Assembly (NCBI GenBank): GCA_963801745.1
Contig: CAWDFY010000003.1
Coordinates: forward strand, 78,151 to 142,150
Length of the DNA: 64,000 nucleotides
Direction of reading: 5' to 3'
DNA from: an uncultured Chloroflexia bacterium
Lineage (GTDB): Bacteria > Chloroflexota > Limnocylindria > Limnocylindrales > CSP1-4
Shown piece by piece: positions 27,836 to 37,933 of the stretch (its first letter is position 1; the number at the start of each line of letters is the position of its first letter). Below the pieces are notes generated by a model. The model had not been told where the DNA came from. It saw only the letters and a program-made list of their open reading frames with translations, and searched no databases. The position numbers and the translations under genes are program-made.

Positions 27836-28096
27836 TCCTTCTCCTCGACGTCCTCGGACGCGATGGCTCGCAGGGGCGTCGCCTCGGTCCTCGGAGCGGC
27901 CCGTGCCCTCGTCGGCGATCTCCTCGACGCTGACGAGGAAGCGGACCTGGCGGACCATCCCGCGCGTGGCGTCGTTGTCGGGCACGATGCTCGTGCTGCC
28001 GATGCCGTGCAGGCCGAGCGCCTTGATCGTTCCGCGGTTGCGGGCGATGTGGCTGATCGTCGACCTGGTCTGGGTGACCTTGAGGCTACCGGCCAT
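27832..28096 (-). CDS. rpmD: 50S ribosomal protein uL30; no in-frame stop, reads into rplO as sequenced (see findings)
   Basis: [59 protein letters not shown] is a complete uL30 core. The frame then continues 28 codons directly into the rplO ATG. The +1 frame ends at TGA 27832-27834, overlapping that ATG (ATGA). Confidence 0.8.
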
Positions 28097-28625
28097 CGGC
28101 GGCCTCCAGCGTGGGGGCCGGCTGCCCGGAGATGCGGCTGACGAGCTTCACGCCGCGACGGGCCGACAGCTCCTCGGCCGAGTGCAGGCCGCGCAGGGCC
28201 TCGATCGTCGCTCGGGTCACATTGACCGGGTTGGTCGACCCGTAGATCTTCGACAGGATGTCGCGAACGCCGGCCGCCTCGAGCACGGCCCGCACCGAGC
28301 CGCCGGCGATGACGCCGGTGCCCTGCGAGGCGGGCTTGAGCATGACCCTGCTGGCCGAGAACTCGACGTTCACCTCGTGGGGGATCGTGGTACCGACCAT
28401 GGGGATCTTGATGATGTTCTTCTTCGCGTCCTCGACACCCTTGCGGATCGCCTCGGGGACCTCGCCGGCCTTGCCCAGCCCGGCACCGACGTGACCGGCG
28501 CCGTCACCGACGACGACGACCGCGCTGAAGCTGAACCGCCGGCCGCCCTTGACGACCTTGGCGACGCGGTTGATCTGCACGACGCGCTCCTCGAGCGCGA
28601 GCTTGTTCGGGTCGATACGTGCCAC
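28086..28625 (-). CDS. rpsE: 30S ribosomal protein uS5
   Basis: ORF 28086..28625, 179 aa. [19 protein letters not shown]... Confidence 0.95.
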   Translation of the reverse strand: MARIDPNKLALEERVVQINRVAKVVKGGRRFSFSAVVVVGDGAGHVGAGLGKAGEVPEAIRKGVEDAKKNIIKIPMVGTTIPHEVNVEFSASRVMLKPASQGTGVIAGGSVRAVLEAAGVRDILSKIYGSTNPVNVTRATIEALRGLHSAEELSARRGVKLVSRISGQPAPTLEAADGR

Positions 28626-28639
28626 GATGCTCCTTCCGA

Positions 28640-29002
28640 TCAGAACTCGAGACCGGCCTCGCGGGCGGCATCGGCGAGCGACTTGATCCGCCCGTGGTAC
28701 CGGAACCCGGCTCGATCGAAGACCACGCGCTCGATGCCGGCGGCCTTGGCCCGCTCGGCGATCAGGCGCCCGACGACGGCGGCCTCCTCCGACTTGGTGG
28801 ACGTGGAGCCGCGAAGCTCCTTCTCCAGGGTCGAGGCGGCCACGAGCGTCTTCCCGGACGCGTCGTCGATGACCTGGGCGTAGATGTGGTTGAGGCTGCG
28901 GAATACGGCCAGACGCGGCCGCCCGGCCGTCCCCGCCATGGTGAGGCGGATCCGGTCGTGGCGCTTGCGTCGGGCGGCGCCGCGGCTGGCGACCTGCGTC
29001 AT
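28640..29002 (-). CDS. rplR: 50S ribosomal protein uL18
   Basis: ORF 28640..29002, 120 aa. [19 protein letters not shown] ... [26 protein letters not shown]. Confidence 0.95.
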   Translation of the reverse strand: MTQVASRGAARRKRHDRIRLTMAGTAGRPRLAVFRSLNHIYAQVIDDASGKTLVAASTLEKELRGSTSTKSEEAAVVGRLIAERAKAAGIERVVFDRAGFRYHGRIKSLADAAREAGLEF

Positions 29003-29026
29003 CGTGTCAATCCTTCGTTCCTGCGG

Positions 29027-29578
29027 TTACTTCTTGGCGCCGATCTTGCCGGCCTTGCCCGCCTTGCGGCGGACCTGCTCACCGGCGTAGCGCACGCCCT
29101 TGCCCTTGTACGGCTCGGGCTTGCGGGTCGAGCGCACCTGCGCGGCGACCTGGCCGACGAGCTCCTTGTCGATGCCGATGACCGCGAGCCGGGTCGGCGT
29201 GTCGAGCTCGAACGTGATGCCCTCGGGCGGGTCGATCTCGACCGGGTGGCTGTAGCCGAGGTTGAGCGTCAGCTTCTTGCCGTTGAGCGCGGCGCGATAG
29301 CCGACGCCGTTGATCTCGAGGCCCTTGCGGTAGCCGTCGGTCACGCCGATGACCATGTTGTTGACGAGCGTCCGCGTCAGGCCGTGGAGCTGCTTGTGGG
29401 TCTTCTGCTCGGTCGGTCGGGAGACGACGATGGTGGCGTCCTCCCTGGCGACCGTCATGTCGGGGTGCAGCTCGCGGCTGAGGGTGCCCTTCGGCCCCTT
29501 CACGGTGAGCTGCCGCCCGTCGATCGTCACGTCGACACCCGACGGGACGGTGATGGGCAGGCGTCCGATACGCGACAT
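29027..29578 (-). CDS. rplF: 50S ribosomal protein uL6
   Basis: ORF 29027..29578, 183 aa. [17 protein letters not shown]... Confidence 0.95.
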   Translation of the reverse strand: MSRIGRLPITVPSGVDVTIDGRQLTVKGPKGTLSRELHPDMTVAREDATIVVSRPTEQKTHKQLHGLTRTLVNNMVIGVTDGYRKGLEINGVGYRAALNGKKLTLNLGYSHPVEIDPPEGITFELDTPTRLAVIGIDKELVGQVAAQVRSTRKPEPYKGKGVRYAGEQVRRKAGKAGKIGAKK

Positions 29579-29587
29579 CGTGCCGGC

Positions 29588-29986
29588 CTACCAGACGTAC
29601 GCGAGGACTTCGCCGCCCAGCTGCGCCTGGCGCGCCTGCTGGCCGGTCATGATGCCCTTGCTCGTGCTGACGATGACGATGCCGAGGCCGCCGAGCACCC
29701 GCGGGATGTCGGTCTTGCGCGCGTAGACGCGCAGGCCCGGCTTGCTGATGCGCTTGAGGCCGGACACGACCGGGACCTTGCCGTCGACGTACTTGAGGGT
29801 CAGGCGCAGGACCGTACCCGGCCCGTCTTGCTCCTCGGTGACCTCGGCGATGAAGCCCTCGTCCTTGAGGATGCGGGCGATCTCGCGCTTGGTGCGCGAC
29901 GCCGGGACGACCACTTCGGTGTGGCGCGCCCGGGACGCGTTGCGGACGCGCGTGAGCATGTCCGCGATCGGATCGGAGATATTCAT
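29588..29986 (-). CDS. rpsH: 30S ribosomal protein uS8
   Basis: ORF 29588..29986, 132 aa. [13 protein letters not shown]... Confidence 0.95.
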   Translation of the reverse strand: MNISDPIADMLTRVRNASRARHTEVVVPASRTKREIARILKDEGFIAEVTEEQDGPGTVLRLTLKYVDGKVPVVSGLKRISKPGLRVYARKTDIPRVLGGLGIVIVSTSKGIMTGQQARQAQLGGEVLAYVW

Positions 29987-29993
29987 CGGTTCC

Positions 29994-30179
29994 CTACCAG
30001 CTCGACTTGGTGACGCCGGGCAGCTCGCCCAGGAGCGCTCGCTCCCGGAAGCAGATGCGGCACAGCGCGAACCGGCGCATGTAGGCCCGCGGACGCCCGC
30101 AGACGAAGCAGCGGTGATACGCCTGCACGTTGTGCTTGGGGGTCCGCTTGGTCTTCGCGATCATCGACTTCTTGGCCAT
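29994..30179 (-). CDS. rpsN: 30S ribosomal protein uS14, 61-aa zinc-binding (type Z) form
   Basis: Last 61 codons of ORF 29994..30449, from ATG 30177-30179. [15 protein letters not shown]...[10 protein letters not shown]...CRICFRE... Confidence 0.93.
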   Translation of the reverse strand: MAKKSMIAKTKRTPKHNVQAYHRCFVCGRPRAYMRRFALCRICFRERALLGELPGVTKSSW

Positions 30180-30196
30180 GTCTCTCCTCCCCGCGC

Positions 30197-30739
30197 CTAC
30201 GAGGCAAAGGGCATGCCGAGGAGTTCGAGAAGCTTCTTCGATTCCTCGTCGGTCTTGGCCGTCGTCACGATGCTGATCTCCAGCCCGCGCAGACGGTCCA
30301 CCTTGTCGTAGTCGATCTCGGGGAACGCGAGCTGCTCGCGCATCCCCAGCGAGTAGTTGCCACGCCCATCGAACGACTTGCCGGGAACGCCCCGGAAGTC
30401 GCGGATGCGCGGCAGGGCGAGCGTCGTCAGCCGGTCCAGGAAGTCCCACATCCGCTCGCCGCGGAGGGTGACCTTGGCACCGATCGAGTTGCCCGTGCGG
30501 AGGCGGAACTGGGCGATCGAGCGCTTGGCCTTGGTCACGATGGGCTTCTGCCCAGTGATCGTGGCCAGGTCGCCGAGCGCGGCGTCCAGCGCCTTGGCGT
30601 TGGTGAGCGCCTCGCCGAGGCCGATGTTCACGACGACCTTGGAGACGCGCGGCACCTGGTTCGGGTTGGCGTATTCGAACTGCTTGGTGAGCGCCGGCAC
30701 GATCTCGGCCGCATAGCGCTCGTGGAGGCGGCTGGTCAC
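30197..30739 (-). CDS. rplE: 50S ribosomal protein uL5
   Basis: ORF 30197..30844 trimmed to GTG 30737-30739 (GTGA overlap with the rplX stop). [29 protein letters not shown]... Confidence 0.93.
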   Translation of the reverse strand: MTSRLHERYAAEIVPALTKQFEYANPNQVPRVSKVVVNIGLGEALTNAKALDAALGDLATITGQKPIVTKAKRSIAQFRLRTGNSIGAKVTLRGERMWDFLDRLTTLALPRIRDFRGVPGKSFDGRGNYSLGMREQLAFPEIDYDKVDRLRGLEISIVTTAKTDEESKKLLELLGMPFAS

Positions 30740-31176
30740 GACTTCACCTCCAGCTGCTCGTTGCACTGGCGGCAGACGCGGACGCGTCGTCCGTTGTCGA
30801 GCGTCTGGTGGCCGATCCGGGTGGGCTTGCCGCAGCTGCCGCACACGACCATGACCTTGCCGATCGGCAGCGGCTGGGCGATCTCGAGGATGCCGCCCTG
30901 CTGGATCTTCGGCATGCGGTCGGTCGCCCCGGCGCTCTGGCGCGGCTTGGTGTGGCGCTTGGCGATGTTGACGCCCTCGACGACCACGGTGACGCCGCCC
31001 GCCGCCGAGCCGCGACGGAACATGCTGCGGCCGCCGGTGGGGGACGGGTCGCGACGGATGACGCGCTCGACCGTGCCGCGCTTGCCGGCGTCCTTGCCGG
31101 ACAGCACGACGACGGTGTCGCCCTTGCGGATCTCGGGCACCTTGGTGGCCCGGCCGGCGCTCGTTCGCAGGGCCAT
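30736..31176 (-). CDS. rplX: 50S ribosomal protein uL24 with an internal insertion and a Cys4 (CxxC...CxxC) C-terminal segment
   Basis: ORF 30736..31179. The start is ATG 31174-31176 (TGATG overlap with the rplN stop) or GTG 31177-31179. KOW motif [22 protein letters not shown]-terminus [33 protein letters not shown]. Confidence 0.9.
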   Translation of the reverse strand: MALRTSAGRATKVPEIRKGDTVVVLSGKDAGKRGTVERVIRRDPSPTGGRSMFRRGSAAGGVTVVVEGVNIAKRHTKPRQSAGATDRMPKIQQGGILEIAQPLPIGKVMVVCGSCGKPTRIGHQTLDNGRRVRVCRQCNEQLEVKS

Positions 31177-31544
31177 CACAGCACCTCCGGGGCGAGCGAC
31201 ACGATCTTCATGTAGTTGCGGTCGCGCAGCTCGCGCGCCACCGGGCCGAAGATGCGCGTGCCGCGCGGGTTGCCCTGGTTGTTGATGAGCACGGCGGCGT
31301 TCTCGTCGAAGCGGATGTAGCTCCCGTCGGCGCGGCCGTATTCCTTGTTGGTGCGGACGATCACGGCGCGCACGACGTCGCCCTTCTTGACCGCGGCGTT
31401 GGGGATCGCCTGCTTGACGCTGGCGATGATCACGTCACCGACGCCGGCCGTGTTCTTGAGGGAGCGACCCATCACCCGGATGCACTGGATGCTCCGGGCG
31501 CCGGTGTTGTCGGCCACCTTGAGTCGCGTCTGGGGCTGGATCAC
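31176..31544 (-). CDS. rplN: 50S ribosomal protein uL14
   Basis: ORF 31176..31544, 122 aa. [17 protein letters not shown]... Confidence 0.96.
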   Translation of the reverse strand: MIQPQTRLKVADNTGARSIQCIRVMGRSLKNTAGVGDVIIASVKQAIPNAAVKKGDVVRAVIVRTNKEYGRADGSYIRFDENAAVLINNQGNPRGTRIFGPVARELRDRNYMKIVSLAPEVL

Positions 31545-32026
31545 GAGCCGGCCTCCGGGGCCTTGGCCTCGGTGTCGTCCGCAACGGTCGCCGGGGCGTC
31601 GGTCGCCTCGGCGACGTCGCCGATCGCCGACTCGGTCGCATCAGCGTCGGCCTGGGTGTCGGCCGAGCGGGTCCGGCCCGGGTGCGCGGCGGCATGGATC
31701 GCCTCCGTCACCGCCTCCTCCTCGGCCACGACGGACTCGCCGGGCAGCCCGTGCTCGCCCGCGCGCTGGACCACGCTGACGAGCCGCCAGCGCTTGGTCG
31801 CCGAGATCGGGCGAGCCTCCTCGATGAGGACGGTGTCGCCGATGAGGGCCTCGTTCTCCTCATCGTGGGCCTTGAACTTGGTCGTCAGGCGGATGACCCG
31901 CTTGTACAACCGGTGGCGCGCCAGCCGCTCGACGGACACGACGATGGTCTTGTCCATGCGGTCGCTGACGACGCGGCCGACCTTGGTCTTCCGCTTTCCC
32001 TGCACCTTCGTGGTCGCTCCTGTCAT
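31541..32026 (-). CDS. rpsQ: 30S ribosomal protein uS17 with a ~74-aa acidic C-terminal tail
   Basis: ORF 31541..32026, 161 aa. The core is [33 protein letters not shown]...RWRLV, followed by an Ala/Asp/Glu/Thr-rich extension. Confidence 0.92.
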   Translation of the reverse strand: MTGATTKVQGKRKTKVGRVVSDRMDKTIVVSVERLARHRLYKRVIRLTTKFKAHDEENEALIGDTVLIEEARPISATKRWRLVSVVQRAGEHGLPGESVVAEEEAVTEAIHAAAHPGRTRSADTQADADATESAIGDVAEATDAPATVADDTEAKAPEAGS

Positions 32027-32039
32027 CGCGTGATCTCCC

Positions 32040-32240
32040 TCAGGCCGTCTTGTCGAGCTTGCGCTCGCGCTGGACGGTCAGGATCCGCGCGATCGTCCTC
32101 CGCGTCAGCGGGATCGTGCTGTAGTCCTTGAGTTGTCGGGTCGAGAGCGCGAAGCGCGCCCCCCACAGGTCCTGCTTGGCCTCGCGCAGGGCATCGTCGA
32201 GCTCTGCGTCGGACATGGCGCGGATCTTCTTGAGGTCCAT
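32040..32240 (-). CDS. rpmC: 50S ribosomal protein uL29
   Basis: ORF 32040..32240, 66 aa. Position between rplP and rpsQ. Confidence 0.93.
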   Translation of the reverse strand: MDLKKIRAMSDAELDDALREAKQDLWGARFALSTRQLKDYSTIPLTRRTIARILTVQRERKLDKTA

Positions 32241-32243
32241 CGC

Positions 32244-32666
32244 CTATGCCTCCTTGGCGCCTTCGCGCACGACCACGCGGGTCGCGACGGGCAGCTTGTG
32301 GCTGGCCAGCCGCATGGCCTCGACCGCGGAGTCGTGGTCCACGCCGGCCATCTCGAACAGGATCCGGCCGGGCTTGACGACGGCGACCCAGTGGTCGGGC
32401 GCGCCCTTGCCGGAGCCCATCCGGGTCTCGGCCGGCTTCTTGGTCGCGGGCTTGTCCGGGAAGATGCGGATCCAGATCTTGCCGCCGCGCTTGACCGAGC
32501 GGGTCATCGCGCGCCGGGCCGCCTCGATCTGGCGGCTCGTGATCCAGGCCGGCTCCTGGGTCGCCAGCCCGTACTCACCGAACGCCACCGTGTGGCCGCC
32601 CTTGGCGATACCGGACATGCGCCCGCGCATGACCTTGCGATGCTTGACGCGTCGCGGCATCAACAT
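32244..32666 (-). CDS. rplP: 50S ribosomal protein uL16
   Basis: Last 140 codons of ORF 32244..33287, from ATG 32664-32666. [17 protein letters not shown]... Confidence 0.95.
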   Translation of the reverse strand: MLMPRRVKHRKVMRGRMSGIAKGGHTVAFGEYGLATQEPAWITSRQIEAARRAMTRSVKRGGKIWIRIFPDKPATKKPAETRMGSGKGAPDHWVAVVKPGRILFEMAGVDHDSAVEAMRLASHKLPVATRVVVREGAKEA

Positions 32667-32668
32667 CG

Positions 32669-33349
32669 TCAGGCCCCCTGCCCGGCGGGCGACGAAGCGG
32701 CGAGCTCGGGCCGACGGGTCGGCTCGGGAGCGATGTCGCCCCGGTAGATCCAGACCTTGACGCCGATGCGGCCATACGTCGTGTGGGCGTGGACCTGGCC
32801 GTAGCTGATGTCGGCACGCAGCGTGCCGAGCGGGATGCGGCCTTCCTTGTCCCACTCGCGGCGACCCATCTCCGAGCCGCCGAGACGGCCGGCGACGGCG
32901 ATCTTGACGCCCTTCGCGCCGGCCTTCATCGAGCGCTGGATGGCCTGCTTCATCGCCTTCTTGAACGCGATCCGGCGGGTCAGCTGGCCGGCGATGTTCA
33001 TCGCCACGAGGTGCGCGTCGAGCTCCGGCTGGCGGATCTCCTTGATCTCCAGCTTGACCTTGCGGTTGCTGAGCGCGCCGATCTGCTGACGCAGGACCTC
33101 GACGTTGGCCCCGCCCTTGCCGATGACGATGCCCGGCTTGGCGGTGTGGATCGTGACCGTGACGTGGTTGATGCCACGCTCGATCTCGACGCCGCTCACG
33201 CTGGCGTTGGAGAGCCGCTTGTCGATCAGCGTCCGGATCGAGATGTCCTCCTTGAGGGAGGCGGTGTATTCCTTGTCCGCGTACCACTTCGCGGTCCAGG
33301 TGCGCGAGACACCCAGGCGGAAGCCGTACGGATGGACCTTGTGTCCCAT
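32669..33349 (-). CDS. rpsC: 30S ribosomal protein uS3
   Basis: ORF 32669..33349, 226 aa. [14 protein letters not shown]... with a KH domain. Confidence 0.96.
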   Translation of the reverse strand: MGHKVHPYGFRLGVSRTWTAKWYADKEYTASLKEDISIRTLIDKRLSNASVSGVEIERGINHVTVTIHTAKPGIVIGKGGANVEVLRQQIGALSNRKVKLEIKEIRQPELDAHLVAMNIAGQLTRRIAFKKAMKQAIQRSMKAGAKGVKIAVAGRLGGSEMGRREWDKEGRIPLGTLRADISYGQVHAHTTYGRIGVKVWIYRGDIAPEPTRRPELAASSPAGQGA

Positions 33350-33350
33350 G

Positions 33351-33689
33351 TCAGGCCTCCTGGTCCGCGACGACGATGGTGATGTGGGTCATGGGCTTGT
33401 GGATGGGGAACGCCCGACCCTGTGCCCGCGGCTGAAAGCGCTTGATCGTCGGCCCCTCGTCGGCGATGGCGTCGACGATGACGAGGTCCTCCGCCGACAG
33501 GTTGTGGTTGTTCTCGGCATTGGCGGTCGCGCTCTTGAGCACGCGCGCGACATCGGAGGCCGCCTTCTGCGGCATGAACCGCAGCAGCGCGGTCGCCTCC
33601 TCGACCCGCTTGCCCTTGATGGCGGAGGTCACGAGGCGCGTCTTGCGCGTCGAGGCGCGCTGGTACTTGGCGGTGGCGGATACACGCAT
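33351..33689 (-). CDS. rplV: 50S ribosomal protein uL22
   Basis: ORF 33351..33689, 112 aa. Position and ...ARVLKSATANAENN... Confidence 0.94.
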   Translation of the reverse strand: MRVSATAKYQRASTRKTRLVTSAIKGKRVEEATALLRFMPQKAASDVARVLKSATANAENNHNLSAEDLVIVDAIADEGPTIKRFQPRAQGRAFPIHKPMTHITIVVADQEA

Positions 33690-33696
33690 CGGCGGC

Positions 33697-33981
33697 CTAC
33701 TTCAGCGACGTCGACCGCTCGGTGTGCCTGCCGTGCCCGCGGTAGTTGCGGGTCGGGGAGAACTCACCGAGCCGGTGGCCGACCATGTTCTCGGTCACGT
33801 AGACCGGGATGTGCTTGCGGCCGTTGTAGACCGCGATGGTGTGGCCGATGAACGTCGGGAAGATCACCGACGCGCGCGACCAGGTCTTGACGACCTTCTT
33901 CTCGTTGCGCTTGTTCATCTCCTCGATCCGGCCGAGGAGGCGAGCCTCGACGAACGGGCCCTTCTTGACGGAACGGGACAT
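33697..33981 (-). CDS. rpsS: 30S ribosomal protein uS19
   Basis: ORF 33697..33981, 94 aa. [11 protein letters not shown]...[11 protein letters not shown]. Confidence 0.96.
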   Translation of the reverse strand: MSRSVKKGPFVEARLLGRIEEMNKRNEKKVVKTWSRASVIFPTFIGHTIAVYNGRKHIPVYVTENMVGHRLGEFSPTRNYRGHGRHTERSTSLK

Positions 33982-33993
33982 CGACGCCTCCTC

Positions 33994-34821
33994 CTACTTC
34001 CGATGCCGCGATCGGACGATCAGGCGTCCGGTCGTCTTCGACCGCCGGGTGCGATAGCCCATCGCGGGCTTGCCCCACGGGGTCTTGGGCGGCATCCCCG
34101 TAGGGGACTTGCCTTCCCCACCGCCATGCGGATGGTCGCGCGGGTTCATGACGACGCCGCGGACTTCCGGGCGCCTGCCCATGTGCCGGGCGCGGCCGGC
34201 CTTGCCGAGGTTCTGGTTCTCGTGGTCGAGGTTGCTGACCTGGCCGATGGTGGCCATGCAGCCGATCGGGATGCGGCGCATCTCGCCCGACGGCATGCGG
34301 ACGGTGGCGAAGCCACCCTCCTTGGCAAGCAGCTGTGCGGACGTACCGGCCGAGCGGACGATCTGGCCACCCTTGCCGGGCGTGAGCTCGATGTTGTGGA
34401 TGGTCGTGCCGAGCGGGATGTGAAGCAGGGGCAGCGCGTTGCCGACGCGCGCCTCGGCCTCCGGACCGGACACCACGATGTCGCCGACCTTGAGGCCGTG
34501 CGGCAGCAGCATGTAGCGCTTCTCACCGTCGCGGTAGTGCAGCAGCCCGATGCGCGCCGAGCGGTTCGGGTCGTACTCGACGGTCGCGACGCGCGCCGGC
34601 ACGCCGGGCTTGTTGCGCTTGAAGTCGATGCGCCGGTAATGCTGCTTCTCGCCGCCGCCGCGATGGCGGACGGTCAGGCGGCCCTGGTTGTTCCGGCCCG
34701 ACCCGCGCTTCTGCGGCTCGAGCAGCGGCTTGTAGGGCTCCTTGGTGGTGATCTCCTCGAAGGTCGAGCGGGTCATCCCGCGGAGGCCCGGCGAGGTCGG
34801 CTTGTAGTCGCGAAGCGGCAT
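33994..34821 (-). CDS. rplB: 50S ribosomal protein uL2
   Basis: ORF 33994..34821, 275 aa. ...[18 protein letters not shown]... Confidence 0.96.
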   Translation of the reverse strand: MPLRDYKPTSPGLRGMTRSTFEEITTKEPYKPLLEPQKRGSGRNNQGRLTVRHRGGGEKQHYRRIDFKRNKPGVPARVATVEYDPNRSARIGLLHYRDGEKRYMLLPHGLKVGDIVVSGPEAEARVGNALPLLHIPLGTTIHNIELTPGKGGQIVRSAGTSAQLLAKEGGFATVRMPSGEMRRIPIGCMATIGQVSNLDHENQNLGKAGRARHMGRRPEVRGVVMNPRDHPHGGGEGKSPTGMPPKTPWGKPAMGYRTRRSKTTGRLIVRSRHRK

Positions 34822-34824
34822 CGG

Positions 34825-35139
34825 TCAGACCCCCTCGAAGAATTCGATCTTCTGGCCGGGGGCCAGGGTGACGATCGCCTTGCGCCACGGCGTGGTGTGG
34901 CCAACGATCCGGCCGCGCCGGGTGCCGCGCCGCTTCTCCTTGGCCTTCGTGGTCAGGACGTTGACCGCGACGACGGTCACGCCCTCCTTCTTGTAGAGCT
35001 CCTCGACGGCCGCCTTGATCTGGATCTTGTTGGCCTCGGAATGGACGGCGAACGTGTACTTGCCGCGCCCGGACTCGTCGATCGACTTCTCGCTGACGAC
35101 GGGGCGGATGATGATCTCGGGCGCGGTCAGGGCGGTCAT
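34825..35139 (-). CDS. rplW: 50S ribosomal protein uL23
   Basis: Last 104 codons of ORF 34825..35784, from ATG 35137-35139 (ATGA overlap with the rplD stop). [11 protein letters not shown]... Confidence 0.93.
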   Translation of the reverse strand: MTALTAPEIIIRPVVSEKSIDESGRGKYTFAVHSEANKIQIKAAVEELYKKEGVTVVAVNVLTTKAKEKRRGTRRGRIVGHTTPWRKAIVTLAPGQKIEFFEGV

Positions 35140-35784
35140 GCCGGCACCTCCGTCGTCGCGCCGCCGTACACGGACTCCATCCGGGCGAGCGCGGGCTGCT
35201 CGATAAGCACGAGGTCGGCATCGACGAGGTCGACCACGTTCAGCGAGTCGGCCAGGATGACATTGACCTTGGGCAGGTTGCGGGCCGACAGCTCGAGGTT
35301 CTGGTCGCGACCCGGCGCCACGACGAGGATCCGGCCGGTCGCCTCGAGCGCGCGCAGGACGCCCGCCAGCTCGCGGGTCTTGATGGCCTCGAGCCCGAAC
35401 GCGTCGATGACCTTGACCTGCTCGTCGCCGAGCTTGGCCGTCAGCGCGCCACGGAGGGCGAGTCGCTTCATCTTGCGTGGCAACCGCTGCTCGTACGAGC
35501 GCGGGTGCGGACCGAAGACCGCGCCGCCGCCGCGGTAGTGCGGCGCACTCTTGGCTGCCCTGGCGGGCGCGGCCGGTGCCCTTCTGGCGGTACGGCTTCG
35601 CGCCGCCACCGCGGACCTCGCCGCGGGTGCGGGTGTCGTGCGTGCCGATCCGGCGCGCGGCCAATTGGGCGGTCACGACCTGGTGGAGCACGGCGGTGTT
35701 GACCGGGGCGGCGAAGAGCTCGTCGCTGAGCTCGACGTTGCCGACGGTCTTGCCGGTGCGGTCGTAGAGCGGGGTCGACGGCAT
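35136..35784 (-). pseudogene. rplD: 50S ribosomal protein uL4, reading frame broken once (near 35553)
   Basis: The N-terminal part [24 protein letters not shown]...[12 protein letters not shown] lies in the ORF 34825..35784 frame. The rest, [33 protein letters not shown]...[10 protein letters not shown], lies in ORF 35136..35609. Span is 649 nt (3n+1). Confidence 0.88.
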
Positions 35785-35786
35785 CG

Positions 35787-36413
35787 TCAGGCCTTCTTCA
35801 CGAGGATGAGCGAGCCGCGCGCGCCGGGGAGGCTCCCCTTGACGAGCAGCAGGTTGCGCTCCGGATCGGTGCGCACGACGCGCACCTTCTTGATGGTCAC
35901 GCCCTCGGCTCCCATGTGGCCGGCCATGCCGACGCCCTTGTAGACGCGGCCCGGCGTCGTGCCGGGACCGATCGAGCCGGGCTCGCGGTGATGGTCCGAG
36001 CCGTGGGTCTTGGGCCCGCGGCGGAAGTGGTGGCGCTTGATGTGACCGGCGAAGCCCTTGCCCTTGGACACGCCCGACACGTCGACGTCGTCGCCGGCGG
36101 TGAACAGGTCATCGATCGAGACCGTCTGGCCGATCTCGAAGTCGTCGACGCTGTCGACCCGGAACTCGCGCAGCGTGGCGAGCTGCTGGGCGGCCTTGGG
36201 CAACGCTGCGAGCTGGCCCGTCTCGGGCTTGTTGAGCTTCTTGGCCGGCTCGGCCCCGAGCTGGACGGCGGTGTAGCCGTCGCGCTCGCTCGTGCGCAGG
36301 CGCGTCACGGTGTTCGGCTCGATGGCGAGCACGCTCACGGCCACCATCGTCCCGTCGTCCTGGAACACCTGCGTCATGCCGACCTTGCGGCCGATGAGTC
36401 CGATCGCCATCAC
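35787..36413 (-). CDS. rplC: 50S ribosomal protein uL3
   Basis: ORF 35787..36413, 208 aa. [13 protein letters not shown]... Confidence 0.96.
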   Translation of the reverse strand: MMAIGLIGRKVGMTQVFQDDGTMVAVSVLAIEPNTVTRLRTSERDGYTAVQLGAEPAKKLNKPETGQLAALPKAAQQLATLREFRVDSVDDFEIGQTVSIDDLFTAGDDVDVSGVSKGKGFAGHIKRHHFRRGPKTHGSDHHREPGSIGPGTTPGRVYKGVGMAGHMGAEGVTIKKVRVVRTDPERNLLLVKGSLPGARGSLILVKKA

Positions 36414-36711
36414 ATCTTGATCTCGATGTCCACGCCGGCTGCCAGGGACAGCCGCATGAGGGCATCGACCGTCTTCGAGGACGGGTCCAGGATGTCGACA
36501 AGGCGCTTGTGGGTACGGATCTCGAACTGCTCCCGGGAATCCTTGTCGATGAACGGCGAGCGCAGGACCGTGAACTTCTCGATGCGCGTGGGCAGCGGGA
36601 CCGGGCCGAGCACGTCCGCGCCCGTGCGCTGGGCGGTCTCGACGATCTGCGCCGCCGACTGATCAAGCAGCCGGTGGTCGTAGGCCTTGAGGCGGATCCG
36701 GATCCGCTGCT

Positions 36712-36718
<7 letters not shown>
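36410..36718 (-). CDS. rpsJ: 30S ribosomal protein uS10
   Basis: ORF 36410..36772 trimmed to ATG 36716-36718 ([19 protein letters not shown]...). The extra 18 N-terminal codons in the ORF track read through the tuf 3' end. Confidence 0.95.
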
Positions 36719-37922
<1,204 letters not shown>

Positions 37923-37933
37923 CGTGCTGCTCC

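Noticed and set aside
35545-35562. Programmed ribosomal frameshifting as an explanation for the broken frames in rplD, rimI, glmM, cdaR and rpmD.
   Set aside because: There are no slippery heptamers or poly-A/T tracts at any junction and no consistent downstream structure. Multiple breaks occur within single genes. These genes are never known to be recoded. Single-base consensus insertions fit all the span lengths.
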